Counted from the whole stretch's first letter, positions 1 to 9,576 are shown. The stretch is 63,285 nt of DNA, filler included, from Collodictyon triciliatum (GCA_043381765.1; 6 parts of 6 records of this genome joined end to end with filler, not necessarily neighbours in it), one strand, 5' to 3'. Notes: generated by a model not told the origin, from the letters alone. A program made the numbers and translations.

Positions 1-75
1 CGCAAATCTTACGGGCCTGTCACAGAGCGTGTCTTTGGAACACCTATTAAGAATCTTTCACAGGCTATTTATTAA
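1..75 (+). CDS. 3' end of an upstream viral ORF (partial, RKSYGPVTERVFGTPIKNLSQAIY*)
   Basis: Frame 1 is open from base 1 to TAA at 73-75 and converges on the 904-aa ORF through a palindrome. Identity unknown. Confidence 0.45.
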   Translation, partial: RKSYGPVTERVFGTPIKNLSQAIY

Positions 76-104
76 ACAATTGTTATTATAATAAAAATTG
101 TTTA
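73..104. terminator. AT-rich palindromic hairpin between convergent viral genes
   Basis: TAAACAATT-G-TTATT-AT-AATAA-A-AATTGTTTA is a 32-bp palindrome with one mismatch. Its two ends are the two stop codons. Confidence 0.6.
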
Positions 105-2816
105 TGTGTCGGCATTTGCTAATATGGTTAAAGGCGTACCTCCAGTAGGAACGACCCATTGTCTAGCACGCAAAAACCAGCGATTTATATTTTGTGGAAC
201 AGTATTGTTTGATGTTCTCATATTAATTGCCGTAAACCAAGTTCCTTCCGCTACCTCGTAATTTGTACTATGTACTGCCATCATATTCTGATTTGATGCG
301 CCTATTACAAACGCACTCGTAGTAGTGAATCTGATTCGTTTATATCCCGTGCCGTTTTTACTTGGCAGATTCCACACAATTACTTCGATTTCTAAACCAG
401 TAGGTACAGCAGTAGGATCAGGGAAAATTATATTAGTAGTCAAACTTCCCGATGGTTGTTTGGTTAAAATAAGTGTTTTAGGACCGTTTCGGTCTACATT
501 ATGCGTTTCAAAGTCTACAACGAGAAAATCAGATAATGGCGCCTTAAACAATCGAAGCGAGTTTTGAATTTCGGTATCGTCTTGGGTAAATCTAGTAGCT
601 AAGTTCCCATTAAGAACCATACTCACACTAGAGGCTGCTCCTGAGTTTACCCCTTGTATTCTAGCATTACTACCTGATGTACCAAAATCTATATTTGTAT
701 TAACTACGAACGGTTCGGACACAGTTGTCGCTGCCAGCCCATCAATCCATACATACCAGATTCCTTGAAGTACGCCTGCAGTTGTAGTTATGTGATGCCA
801 CACACAAGTGTATACCCCACCCTCAATTAATGGATATGTGCTGCTACCTGTGACAACAGTTTTTGTTGAATTATGCATAACGTGAATTGCGTGTCCCGTT
901 ACGCCACCAGTCCACATAGCTAACGTGCCTGTACTGGCTGCATCTTTATAGGGAATAATAACGTGAGTTTGGCCAGTTAATGTTGCTCCTAAATTAGGTA
1001 AATCAAATGTACTTGGTACATTGTCAGATATCAACGCTCGTATCATCATAGGGCTTGTTGCACCTATAAGAATACTAGTATGATTTCGAGACGCAATAGG
1101 ACATCTTACAGCTTTTTTCATTATAACTGCTTCTTCCATACTGGCTACACCTACACCAGACACATTGGTACAATCTATTATATTTAATCCATTGCAATGT
1201 ATACGTACATTGGAATTAGTGTCTTGAAATCGAATGCCTGAATTCGTATTTGATGTTGAATACAGTCCGGCGGTATTACCTATACCTGCTACGACACCAA
1301 CACCTCCCAGTGTACCGAGTCCAGTCACACTAAGAGCCCCTCCGACACTAACATCAGAGGGTAATGCACAAGCACTAATGGGATGCCCTGAGACTACATA
1401 CCACGCTCCGCTGCTAAATAAACACTCGTAAAACGTGCCAGGCAAAACAAAAAAGCCATTTGTTCCTAAGGGAGCACTGTTCCCATTTCCGGTAACTACA
1501 TTTCTACTCCCTCCACTATACATATACATATTTACATTGTTAAAAGGTCTAAACGACAATGTTGCCACCGTTTGACTACGAAACGGTATTATTCTGTAAA
1601 ACGTGCCTTCTGCTAAAGCCGGGAATCTAAGTATTGTATTAATCTCTCCCATTTCCATTCTGACATTTGATTTCGTAGATTGTGAAAGTGTAAAATCGCT
1701 AACTCCTCCCGTTCCTCCTGTGCTCGTGAATACATCAAATGGATAAACGACGTCGGGGATCGTGCACCGCCCGGTGACACTCAGGTCGCCTGTTATGCTC
1801 ATACCTGAATTGTTAATTTCAACCCTCTGAACTCTTGCCGGCAAATTAGCTCCCGTGTTTGTTGCCCCGAGAAATCTAAAGTACGTGTTACCGTGCTCTG
1901 TTGCAAATATTTCATTCGTCCCAGTGCCTCCGACCAATTTGCTCATCACCGTTTCAGTAGCTGGCCAGTTTGTGCCATTACCCAACCTGTAAGTTGCTGA
2001 GGTTCCTGAAGTAGAATCACTAAATGACGACTGTATATACCCCGTTGCGCCCCCTGTACTTCCAACAAACTGTATATTAGAACTTGGAATACCTACGTTG
2101 TTTCGAATACTTGCACCTCCGCTCAATCTAATATTACCACCTACTACAGAGCACACTTGTGATCCATTAGCTACAAAACCGATCCCACTATCAGTACCGA
2201 CCACTGTTCTTATTAAACCAGAGTTTGTAGAATTCTCGAAAGAATAAGAACAGGCTCCAGTAGAGCCATCAGGAACTGTTAGCCCGTCATTTCTTATTGT
2301 AACTCTTTCCACTCCATCCGTTCCAAAACGAATAACATTGTCTGAGCCCCAAATACCTGTTCGGCTCTCAACTGGTGTGTCTGTGTTGTCTCCAAATAAT
2401 AAAGTTGGTTCTGCTGCTGTACCAACTCGTGTAAGATTTAGTGTGCTAGGGCAACTCACAAAATCACCTGTTACTCCACTAACTAATAAATTGGGCGACC
2501 AAGCTGAATTATTTGCTTCACCATACAACACTCGACCCTGATTTGCTGTTCCACTACTGGGCACCTGTCTGACATTTGCCCAAGCACCATCACCTCGTAA
2601 CCAAGAGCTATTGCTATTATTATATGCCAGCCAGCTAGCTACTGTTCCGTCTGTTCGAAGAATGCCAGCGACTGTTTGCGGAGGCAGCTCAGCCGGTGTC
2701 GTCGTCTCCTGCAACCACTGTAAATATACCCCACTTGAATCTACTTTTAATACTTTACCACTATCTTGATTGCTAAATTCTGGTAACTCCTTTTCTTCTG
2801 TTATGAAAAACCCCAT
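102..2816 (-). CDS. Virion fibre / tail-fibre-like protein (904 aa)
   Basis: Rich in G/T/S/N beta-type sequence. N-terminal repeats LP..(G)xVL...W; phage-fibre-like repeats (GTAAEPTLLFGDNTDT..TGIW..IRFGTDGVERVTI; GSTGACSYSFENSTNSGL); three related distal modules. Lies next to the penton-like gene. Confidence 0.7.
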   Translation of the reverse strand: MGFFITEEKELPEFSNQDSGKVLKVDSSGVYLQWLQETTTPAELPPQTVAGILRTDGTVASWLAYNNSNSSWLRGDGAWANVRQVPSSGTANQGRVLYGEANNSAWSPNLLVSGVTGDFVSCPSTLNLTRVGTAAEPTLLFGDNTDTPVESRTGIWGSDNVIRFGTDGVERVTIRNDGLTVPDGSTGACSYSFENSTNSGLIRTVVGTDSGIGFVANGSQVCSVVGGNIRLSGGASIRNNVGIPSSNIQFVGSTGGATGYIQSSFSDSTSGTSATYRLGNGTNWPATETVMSKLVGGTGTNEIFATEHGNTYFRFLGATNTGANLPARVQRVEINNSGMSITGDLSVTGRCTIPDVVYPFDVFTSTGGTGGVSDFTLSQSTKSNVRMEMGEINTILRFPALAEGTFYRIIPFRSQTVATLSFRPFNNVNMYMYSGGSRNVVTGNGNSAPLGTNGFFVLPGTFYECLFSSGAWYVVSGHPISACALPSDVSVGGALSVTGLGTLGGVGVVAGIGNTAGLYSTSNTNSGIRFQDTNSNVRIHCNGLNIIDCTNVSGVGVASMEEAVIMKKAVRCPIASRNHTSILIGATSPMMIRALISDNVPSTFDLPNLGATLTGQTHVIIPYKDAASTGTLAMWTGGVTGHAIHVMHNSTKTVVTGSSTYPLIEGGVYTCVWHHITTTAGVLQGIWYVWIDGLAATTVSEPFVVNTNIDFGTSGSNARIQGVNSGAASSVSMVLNGNLATRFTQDDTEIQNSLRLFKAPLSDFLVVDFETHNVDRNGPKTLILTKQPSGSLTTNIIFPDPTAVPTGLEIEVIVWNLPSKNGTGYKRIRFTTTSAFVIGASNQNMMAVHSTNYEVAEGTWFTAINMRTSNNTVPQNINRWFLRARQWVVPTGGTPLTILANADT

Positions 2817-2832
2817 TACACTTGTAGAGAAT

Positions 2833-3600
2833 TTATTCTTCTGGAATTACACGCAGTGTGAAGCTGTAGTCTTGTAACAAATTAATTGTCCGTCCCAGTC
2901 TATCTACCAATCGGAAATTCCAGCTGAACGGGATATAACTACAGTCCATCAGATTCTCTAATATATTGTCATTGACCTCGTAATAGCTCGAATATCTCGC
3001 CCCAAGACTCAGCGGTATTTTTGCGATGATGCCATTGCCGCCAATATTTGATGCAAAGCTCGAACTCTGAATGTTCGGGCTGACCAAATACACATAATCA
3101 AAAGGTTTGACATTGACTGTATTCTGAAGCTCGACAAACGACGTGTTGAATGTGAGATTCGCTGTCAGTCCTATGATCTCTCTACATGTACTAGAATTCA
3201 CAAACAGTTGGATTGAAATATCTGGTCCCTCTCCTTTGATTGCTATTTTTTGCTTGCCGCTAAGATATGAAACAGAAACAGCTAATGCGGCTGACTGGGA
3301 CGCCGTAACTGCGTTCATCTTTGTTCTAATGTCACCGACGATTTCTTGGATTGTTAACAAGCCAGTTTCAAGTGACACATTGTATGAAACAGGGCTGTTT
3401 GCTCCGACCTGGCAAAGGAAGGATAACTCGTTGTTGGCGGATGTGACATTGTGCACAGCATTCGGGATTTGGATAGACTCTAGTCCGATTTTTGCTTTGC
3501 TCGACACATATCTGTTTTGCGTCGTTGCGAAATTAAAGTCTGCGATACTTCCGCTTTCTCGGTTGGCCGAATCGACGTAAATGTAAAACGCTTTGTCCAT
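2833..3600 (-). CDS. Putative minor capsid (penton) protein, PLV/virophage type (255 aa)
   Basis: N-terminal YIYVDSANR..G...DF.F, central IPN..HNV...NN, IIAKIP, and C-terminal FRLVDRLGRTINL.QDYSFTL match the pattern of single-jelly-roll minor capsid proteins. Confidence 0.72.
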   Translation of the reverse strand: MDKAFYIYVDSANRESGSIADFNFATTQNRYVSSKAKIGLESIQIPNAVHNVTSANNELSFLCQVGANSPVSYNVSLETGLLTIQEIVGDIRTKMNAVTASQSAALAVSVSYLSGKQKIAIKGEGPDISIQLFVNSSTCREIIGLTANLTFNTSFVELQNTVNVKPFDYVYLVSPNIQSSSFASNIGGNGIIAKIPLSLGARYSSYYEVNDNILENLMDCSYIPFSWNFRLVDRLGRTINLLQDYSFTLRVIPEE

Positions 3601-3662
3601 ATCTTAAACCCAGAAAAAGTTTTCTGTGTTTACCGTGCCAGAAATTATTTCTCTGCGATTGT

Positions 3663-3992
3663 ATGAGTGACCCCGAAAATATAGATACCATTGAGAAACC
3701 AAAAAAAAAACGCATAGTATCAGAAAAGCAAAGAGCCCACCTTGCCAAAATTCAACCCAAAGCTACAGCAGCTAAAAAGAAAAACAAGGAAATCGTTCAG
3801 ACGGTCAAAAAATACGAGGCCGTCAAAAAACCCATTCACGACTACACTGCAATGCAGCACGACTTGTCTTTAATTAAACAATACCTCACTAAGGAAGAGG
3901 CCCGCAAAATCGAGAAGCGCAGAATTAAGGAAACAGTAGACAAAGCTCAAGTCAGAGAACTTTCTTACGACAATGATCTTTTATTTCGTTAG
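3663..3992 (+). CDS. Small basic viral protein (109 aa)
   Basis: Lys-rich ORF with KPKKKRIVSEKQRAHL, tightly packed upstream of the ATPase. Confidence 0.7.
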   Translation: MSDPENIDTIEKPKKKRIVSEKQRAHLAKIQPKATAAKKKNKEIVQTVKKYEAVKKPIHDYTAMQHDLSLIKQYLTKEEARKIEKRRIKETVDKAQVRELSYDNDLLFR

Positions 3993-3999
3993 TTAATAT

Positions 4000-4722
4000 A
4001 TGGAGAGCAAGAAAGTAAGTAACGTTGAGGTCGCTCCGCTAAAGACCGTCAAAAAAAACAAGCGCGAAGTCATTCTAGAAATATTGCCGGACGCAAAGAG
4101 TGATAGACCCTTCTGGATGCTCATCTCTGCAAAAGTCGCTAGCGGCAAAACAACCTTGATCAGCAATTTGCTGGGCAAACGAGAAATGTATAATCAAATA
4201 TTCGATAAGGTATATTTTTGCTCCAGTAACATTTCCGGAGGAGAAATTCATGACTCGAGCTACGAGGGTGTCAAATTTCACAAAAGCCGCATGTATGAGG
4301 ACTTTAACGAGGACATCTTTGAACAAGTCACAAAAGACATCACCAGTGACCCCGAATTCAAAGACAACGCTTACCTTCTTGTGGTAGACGACCTGGGTAC
4401 TTCATTTGAAAGACCTAGTAAGACCCTACTCAAGAAAATGTTGCAGCACCGGCATTTCAGACTCTCTATGATAGTAGTGGGGCACGCCATTCGTTTATTC
4501 AACCCCAAGGTACGGCAAAACGCCTCCCACCTCGTTGCTTTCTATACCGACAACAAACACGAACGGGAAGCCCTTAACGAAATGACTAATCTCGATCAGA
4601 AACTCTTTGATGAAGTCTTTGATTTTGCCACCGCCGACCCCTATTGTTTCCTATACGTCAACTTGATGGTTCCTCGCAGAATCAAAGCTTATAAAAACTT
4701 CTCGGAAGAAATCCTATTTTAA
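4000..4722 (+). CDS. A32/FtsK-HerA-family DNA packaging ATPase (240 aa)
   Basis: Walker A-like AKVASGKTT, Walker B LLVVDD, RHFRLSMIVVGH and KVRQNASH (A32 motifs), C-terminal PYCFLYVN. Confidence 0.88.
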   Translation: MESKKVSNVEVAPLKTVKKNKREVILEILPDAKSDRPFWMLISAKVASGKTTLISNLLGKREMYNQIFDKVYFCSSNISGGEIHDSSYEGVKFHKSRMYEDFNEDIFEQVTKDITSDPEFKDNAYLLVVDDLGTSFERPSKTLLKKMLQHRHFRLSMIVVGHAIRLFNPKVRQNASHLVAFYTDNKHEREALNEMTNLDQKLFDEVFDFATADPYCFLYVNLMVPRRIKAYKNFSEEILF

Positions 4723-4738
4723 ATATCTAGTCTTAGAT

Positions 4739-4906
4739 ATGCTACGACTATATACCACGGACGGAGAACTGCTCTTTTCTACTTTTGAGGAACCGAAAGA
4801 ATACTTTGATAAGCTGGAGGCATCGAGAAAGAAGGGCAGAAAGAAGAAGGGGCCCGCAAAATTGTACGGTATCATTGAAGGGCCGGTCAAGGTCATTTTT
4901 GATTAA
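4739..4906 (+). CDS. Small viral protein (55 aa; below the ORF-track cutoff)
   Basis: ATG 4739 to TAA 4906: MLRLYTTDGELLFSTFEEPKEYFDKLEASRKKGRKKKGPAKLYGIIEGPVKVIFD. Co-oriented 16 bp after the ATPase, with a GATATG start context like other viral ORFs. Confidence 0.6.
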   Translation: MLRLYTTDGELLFSTFEEPKEYFDKLEASRKKGRKKKGPAKLYGIIEGPVKVIFD

Positions 4907-4944
4907 CGGGAACCCTGCACAACCCCTGTTCAACCCCTGCTCAT

Positions 4945-5196
4945 CCTCCAAGAGAAAATGGGCATTCGGGTATTCCCTTACTTCTTCTAGTCTCATAACT
5001 TTATGTTTATCCTATGTTTATCCTTACTTGTTCAACCCCCAAAATATAGAAAGTCGATAGAAAAATATACCCTACCCTACCCAATTTCATCTAGGGTAGG
5101 GTCAAATTAAAAGTAGTTTTGGAAGGGCCCTAAAAGGGGGGTTGAGCAGTAGGTAAAACACATAGATAGGACCTCATGCCCATTTTCTTCTGGAGG
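4945..5196. repeat. Nested imperfect inverted repeats (candidate origin/cruciform)
   Basis: Arms 4945-4965/5176-5196 (19/21), 5025-5040/5137-5151 (imperfect), and 5069-5079/5092-5102 (perfect 11 bp, ACCCTACCCTA/TAGGGTAGGGT). Confidence 0.75.
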
Positions 5197-5234
5197 TGCG
5201 CAAAATCTAGAGTTAAAGACATTTTGTCATAAGA

Positions 5235-7541
5235 ATGTATCTTAGTACTGCAATGGAACTAGTTGAGCACATCGACGCCAAGAAAGTGGAGCTTCTCTTG
5301 AAGCAACCAAGTGAAAAGATCGATAAGCCGACCAAAGGCATATTAGGCGTTATACGTCAGAAAAGTCTTTCGGCGCCAGACGACGACCTGTATCGTTTGA
5401 CTGTGAAATATGAGCACACCGAGTACTTGCAAAAGATTGGAATTGGAAGGGTGTATCATAAATCGGTTTCCGTGTTAAAGCTCCCAAAACCCGTGCGTCA
5501 ATTCTTGTTATGTGACACACACATTAACCTGGACATCAAGAATTGCCATTATAGCTTAAGCTTGGATTTGGCCAGGAAGTGGAATCTGCCCCACACTGCG
5601 ATAAAGACATATGTCGAGGACCGTGAGCAGATCATCCAGAAAACGATGAAGGATTTCAACATGTCACACAAAGAAGCCAAGAAGCTGTATTTGAGCATCG
5701 CATATGGCAACAAATGGGTTCAGGGTGGCGAGTTTACTAAGACTCTGGGAGAAGAGATGCTAGTATTGGCCGGTAACGTATACGAAAAGTGTAAGGAGTG
5801 GCACAATGTAAAGTTTAAAAAAGACGCCAACGCGCTATACGAACACGGCAATCGCATCTATAGCACGTTGAGTTACTACTTGCAGACAGAAGAATTAAAA
5901 GTGATGCAACTGGCCATCGATTTTTTGCGACAGAACAGTGTTCAAGTTGATGTCTATGTGTTTGACGGACTGCATGTCAACAAAAGTCAATACAGAACAG
6001 AACTGAATGTCAAGTTGTCCGAATACATACGCGAGCATACTGGGTACGCCCTGGAATTTGAGAGTAAAACTATTCAGTCGACTTTTGTGCCAATGCCTGA
6101 TAAAAAAGAAAAAGAATATGATGGCCTGTGTATCACAAAGTTTGCTCTTGAACACTTTATGATACTTGGAAAGTTGTATCATGAACATAAAGACAACACT
6201 CGCAAGGCCGACCCCATAGATAATCCAGGTCCTTACTGTGAGGAGTTTGGAGACAAGTACTGGAAACATGTACAGAAAAATTTACCATCCAACCGGCGCT
6301 ACAAGTATTTCGACTTTATGCCATACAACATGTTTACCAACTATTACGATCCCAAAGCTTACAATTATTTTAAAGGGTTCAAGTTCGAAGAGTATTTTCC
6401 AGAGTTAAATGCGATACAAAAAACTGACTGGTTGGGATACTGTAATCAAATTCGCAGCTCGGTGACAGCGGATGATTATGCTATCTGGAAACAGAGTATG
6501 AACTATAAGCAATTGTCCCAGTATCTGTGCGCTGGCAATCCTGCGTCACTGAAATATGTGATGCAGTATTTAGCCAAAATAATATTCAATCCGCATTATC
6601 GAATTGGCAAGATGATGATATTCCGAAACAACAAGGGAGGCACTGGTAAGACATCTTTTTTTCATAAGCTGTATATCCAGGGTGTTCTGGGCAAGCAATA
6701 CGGCGGCACACACTCATCTCTAAATGAGGTATTTGGTGAGAAGAACATGAATATGCAAAATAAGTTGTTGTTGATTCTGGAAGAGTCGGAAGTAGCGCAA
6801 ACAAAGGGTTTACAAGGGCAAATCAAGGAGGCCGTTGACCGGGATGAGACGCATCTACGCATGCTATATCACAACCCAAGCCCAGTAAAAAATACGTGCA
6901 ACTTTATACTCAACACAAACAAAGAAATTGGAATTGTGTTTGAAAAAGACAACATGAGACGATTCCCGGTGTTTGACGTACGAGAGCACCGACTTGACGA
7001 AGAAGAAATAGAGCAATTAACAAACGAAACAGGCGACCCCGACTTTGTCAAGGTTTTTGTTAAGGTCTTGTTAAATGAGTATGATGCGAAATTCAACTTT
7101 AACGTGTTTCCAAAAAGCGAGACATGCGAGACACTGGCAGAGAAATGTGCCGACCCTGTTGAACAGTTTATCAGGTTCATATTTGTCGAATGGAATGACT
7201 ATGCGGTGGACAGCTACGACCTCTTCTTCATAGGTAAGTGTAAGTGGCACAGTGGCGCTCCATTTGAACTTGCCATTGATCAAATATACGACATATACAA
7301 GCTGTTTAGCAACAAAAGATTGCCTAGTCGTAAAGTGCTTGAGTATAGGTCGTTTACTCACAGCGAACGATGGATAAGTTTTAAAACACAATACAAGGAC
7401 CATATAAAAATTAAACACGGCAAGTATGAGATTGATTACATGAAGGTCCGCAGTCTGATGACAGACGGAGCCAATTTACACGGGCACTTTTCTACTGATA
7501 CGATCGTCAGCAGCTGCAAGAGAGCACGCACAAAAGAATAA
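5235..7541 (+). CDS. PolA-like (TVpol) polymerase/primase fused to D5-like SF3 helicase (768 aa)
   Basis: N half: GRVY..S...LPKPVRQFL, motif A NLDIKNCH, motif B EAKKLYLSIAYG, motif C VYVFDG. C half: Walker A GGTGKT, Walker B LLILEESE, sensor NFILNTN. The true start may be the second Met at 5253. Confidence 0.82.
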   Translation: MYLSTAMELVEHIDAKKVELLLKQPSEKIDKPTKGILGVIRQKSLSAPDDDLYRLTVKYEHTEYLQKIGIGRVYHKSVSVLKLPKPVRQFLLCDTHINLDIKNCHYSLSLDLARKWNLPHTAIKTYVEDREQIIQKTMKDFNMSHKEAKKLYLSIAYGNKWVQGGEFTKTLGEEMLVLAGNVYEKCKEWHNVKFKKDANALYEHGNRIYSTLSYYLQTEELKVMQLAIDFLRQNSVQVDVYVFDGLHVNKSQYRTELNVKLSEYIREHTGYALEFESKTIQSTFVPMPDKKEKEYDGLCITKFALEHFMILGKLYHEHKDNTRKADPIDNPGPYCEEFGDKYWKHVQKNLPSNRRYKYFDFMPYNMFTNYYDPKAYNYFKGFKFEEYFPELNAIQKTDWLGYCNQIRSSVTADDYAIWKQSMNYKQLSQYLCAGNPASLKYVMQYLAKIIFNPHYRIGKMMIFRNNKGGTGKTSFFHKLYIQGVLGKQYGGTHSSLNEVFGEKNMNMQNKLLLILEESEVAQTKGLQGQIKEAVDRDETHLRMLYHNPSPVKNTCNFILNTNKEIGIVFEKDNMRRFPVFDVREHRLDEEEIEQLTNETGDPDFVKVFVKVLLNEYDAKFNFNVFPKSETCETLAEKCADPVEQFIRFIFVEWNDYAVDSYDLFFIGKCKWHSGAPFELAIDQIYDIYKLFSNKRLPSRKVLEYRSFTHSERWISFKTQYKDHIKIKHGKYEIDYMKVRSLMTDGANLHGHFSTDTIVSSCKRARTKE

Positions 7542-7554
7542 AGTGAAAGACATT

Positions 7555-8076
7555 TTATTCTTTGCATCTTATGAACTTACTGGACTGCATGCCTGTTGGC
7601 AATACTTCCATCATTTCAAAACCGCATGTAACAGGACTGGGGGTCGGTGTTGATTTGAGAGAGTAAGAAATTTTAGGGGGAGAGTCAGGAGGGGTCAGGG
7701 CTTTGCGAACACGTTCAGCGGCTTCACGGGGTGAACCGTCAGACGAACTAGATTTGATTGTCGATGCAGAGGCGCTTGAGTAATCGACAGCGGGGGTCAC
7801 AGCGTAATCAACCAAGGGCGTCATTGTATGCTGGACTCCGTCGGGGTCGACAAACACAAACTGTGAAGAAGACGCTTTCTTTTTCTCTTTTCTCTTCATG
7901 TAGCTTTTATGGGTGCTTTTACGTAAGCGCCTTGCTATTGCAACCATCTGTCGCACGCCGTCTAAGGGTTCTCCCCATTCGATGAAACACAGGTAGTTGA
8001 GTCTTGCTAGCTCTTCTCCGGTCAATGTGCGAGTTGTCATGTCGTCCTGTTCTTGTCTAGTTAACGTGCGTGCCAT
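7555..8076 (-). CDS. Hypothetical viral protein (173 aa from first ATG)
   Basis: ORF from ATG 8076 (MARTLTRQEQ...) with a basic patch and S/P-rich tail, packed between the helicase and integrase. Confidence 0.6.
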   Translation of the reverse strand: MARTLTRQEQDDMTTRTLTGEELARLNYLCFIEWGEPLDGVRQMVAIARRLRKSTHKSYMKRKEKKKASSSQFVFVDPDGVQHTMTPLVDYAVTPAVDYSSASASTIKSSSSDGSPREAAERVRKALTPPDSPPKISYSLKSTPTPSPVTCGFEMMEVLPTGMQSSKFIRCKE

Positions 8077-8166
8077 TGTGCGTGCTAATGCTTGTTTAGT
8101 TAACTTATGATTTTGAATAGTTTTTAAGCTGCGTTTTTTACACAAAAAAAAAGTATTGTAATTGTA

Positions 8167-9537
8167 ATGAGTAACCCAAGTACTAGTGACCAGTATAACG
8201 AGAAGCTACAGAAAAGGTTTAATGACCCAGGGCAAGTAAACAGCGTTGAAGCGATGTATCGCCACTTCAACAAGGAGATACCTCGCAGCTACATTGAGGC
8301 TTGGATGAAAAAGAATCCCTATCAGCAAATCAGCAAGCCAGCCTACAAAAGCAAGGACGTCACTTCCTTCAATGTCACTGATCCGTCGTACGCACAGATA
8401 GATTTGATATATACCAAGGGACTGTACCCAGAAGACCATGTTGGAGTGAAATACAATTATCTAATGACCTGCGTGGTGCTTTTAACACGCAAGGTGTTTC
8501 TGTACCCGCTGACCGACAAGACTCTGGCCGAAAGCAAAAAGGCTGTGCTTGAGTTCAAGAAAGATTACCCTGCGTTGAAAGTCATTCAAAGCGACAACGG
8601 CACAGAGTTCAAGTATGAAAAAAAATGGTTGCAAGACCACGGCCTCAAGCAAGTCAAGTCGAGTGCGTACAACCCTACGAGCCAGGCCTATGTGGAGCGC
8701 ATGAATTCTGTGGTAAAGAATAGTTTGTACAAGTACCACCAAAAGACAGGGGAAACCTTAACGAAAGAAGTGCTAGAGAAAACTGCAGACAGCATCAACG
8801 ATCAGCCGAACCGTGACACCGGGGCGATACATAACAATGCGGCTACGAAAGAAAATCTGACAAAGCTAATAGAAGCTAACCAGAAAAAATTAGACAAAGC
8901 CACCACATCAGTCAAAGACGACTTACTAGAGGTCGGGCAATTAGTGCGTGTGAACCTGAAGAAAACAAATTTGACAACGCAAGAGCGCAATAAATTCAAG
9001 ACCAATAAAAACTGGATCCCGAAATTCACTGTTGCGTTGTTTGAGATAGTAAGCCGCGAAGTCTCAAAGGACGGATTCAAAGCACCCACATATAAACTAA
9101 AGGCGCTGAAAGAAAGTGACTCGAATATATTGAAAGGGAAGAAATTTCTTCGCAGGGACCTGCAGCCTGTGGACAAGGACACAGACAAAGACTTTACGCC
9201 AAAGGTTGATTTGCTGAAGCGAGACGCTGCTAGTGTAAAAAAGAAGAGGGGGCCGTATTTGGCTTCGAACGTGCAGGATGCCCGCGCCGACTTTGATAAG
9301 AAAGTGTGGACAGCGGACACTAAAAATTTCACAAACCGCACTGGCAAGAATGCTCCGAGCAAGCCAGGGCGTCAAGCTGAGCTTGATAGGCTAGAACCAA
9401 AAGTCAAGGAAGCATATGAAGCGTTTGTTTCTAAGCACGGAGACAACCCTAAAATGACCACGCTTCAAACTAAAAACTTTAATAAGTTGAAAAGAATTTT
9501 GGGCGCTTTATTGCAGTTCAGCCTTCGGAAGAAGTAG
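8167..9537 (+). CDS. Retroviral-type (rve, DDE) integrase, Polinton/Maverick-like (456 aa)
   Basis: AQIDL (D), VIQSDNGTEF (D), AYVERMNSVVK (E). Polinton-like N-terminus (FNDPG..S...Y....I..W...NPYQQ) and C-terminal LEVGQLVRV. Confidence 0.93.
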   Translation: MSNPSTSDQYNEKLQKRFNDPGQVNSVEAMYRHFNKEIPRSYIEAWMKKNPYQQISKPAYKSKDVTSFNVTDPSYAQIDLIYTKGLYPEDHVGVKYNYLMTCVVLLTRKVFLYPLTDKTLAESKKAVLEFKKDYPALKVIQSDNGTEFKYEKKWLQDHGLKQVKSSAYNPTSQAYVERMNSVVKNSLYKYHQKTGETLTKEVLEKTADSINDQPNRDTGAIHNNAATKENLTKLIEANQKKLDKATTSVKDDLLEVGQLVRVNLKKTNLTTQERNKFKTNKNWIPKFTVALFEIVSREVSKDGFKAPTYKLKALKESDSNILKGKKFLRRDLQPVDKDTDKDFTPKVDLLKRDAASVKKKRGPYLASNVQDARADFDKKVWTADTKNFTNRTGKNAPSKPGRQAELDRLEPKVKEAYEAFVSKHGDNPKMTTLQTKNFNKLKRILGALLQFSLRKK

Positions 9538-9576
9538 CTGTAAGCAAACCGATAACCGTGGAGCGAATCAAAGCGA

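Noticed and set aside
5069-5102. CCCTA/TAGGG units as a chromosome telomere
   Set aside because: Only 2-3 units per arm, inverted and internal to the viral element.
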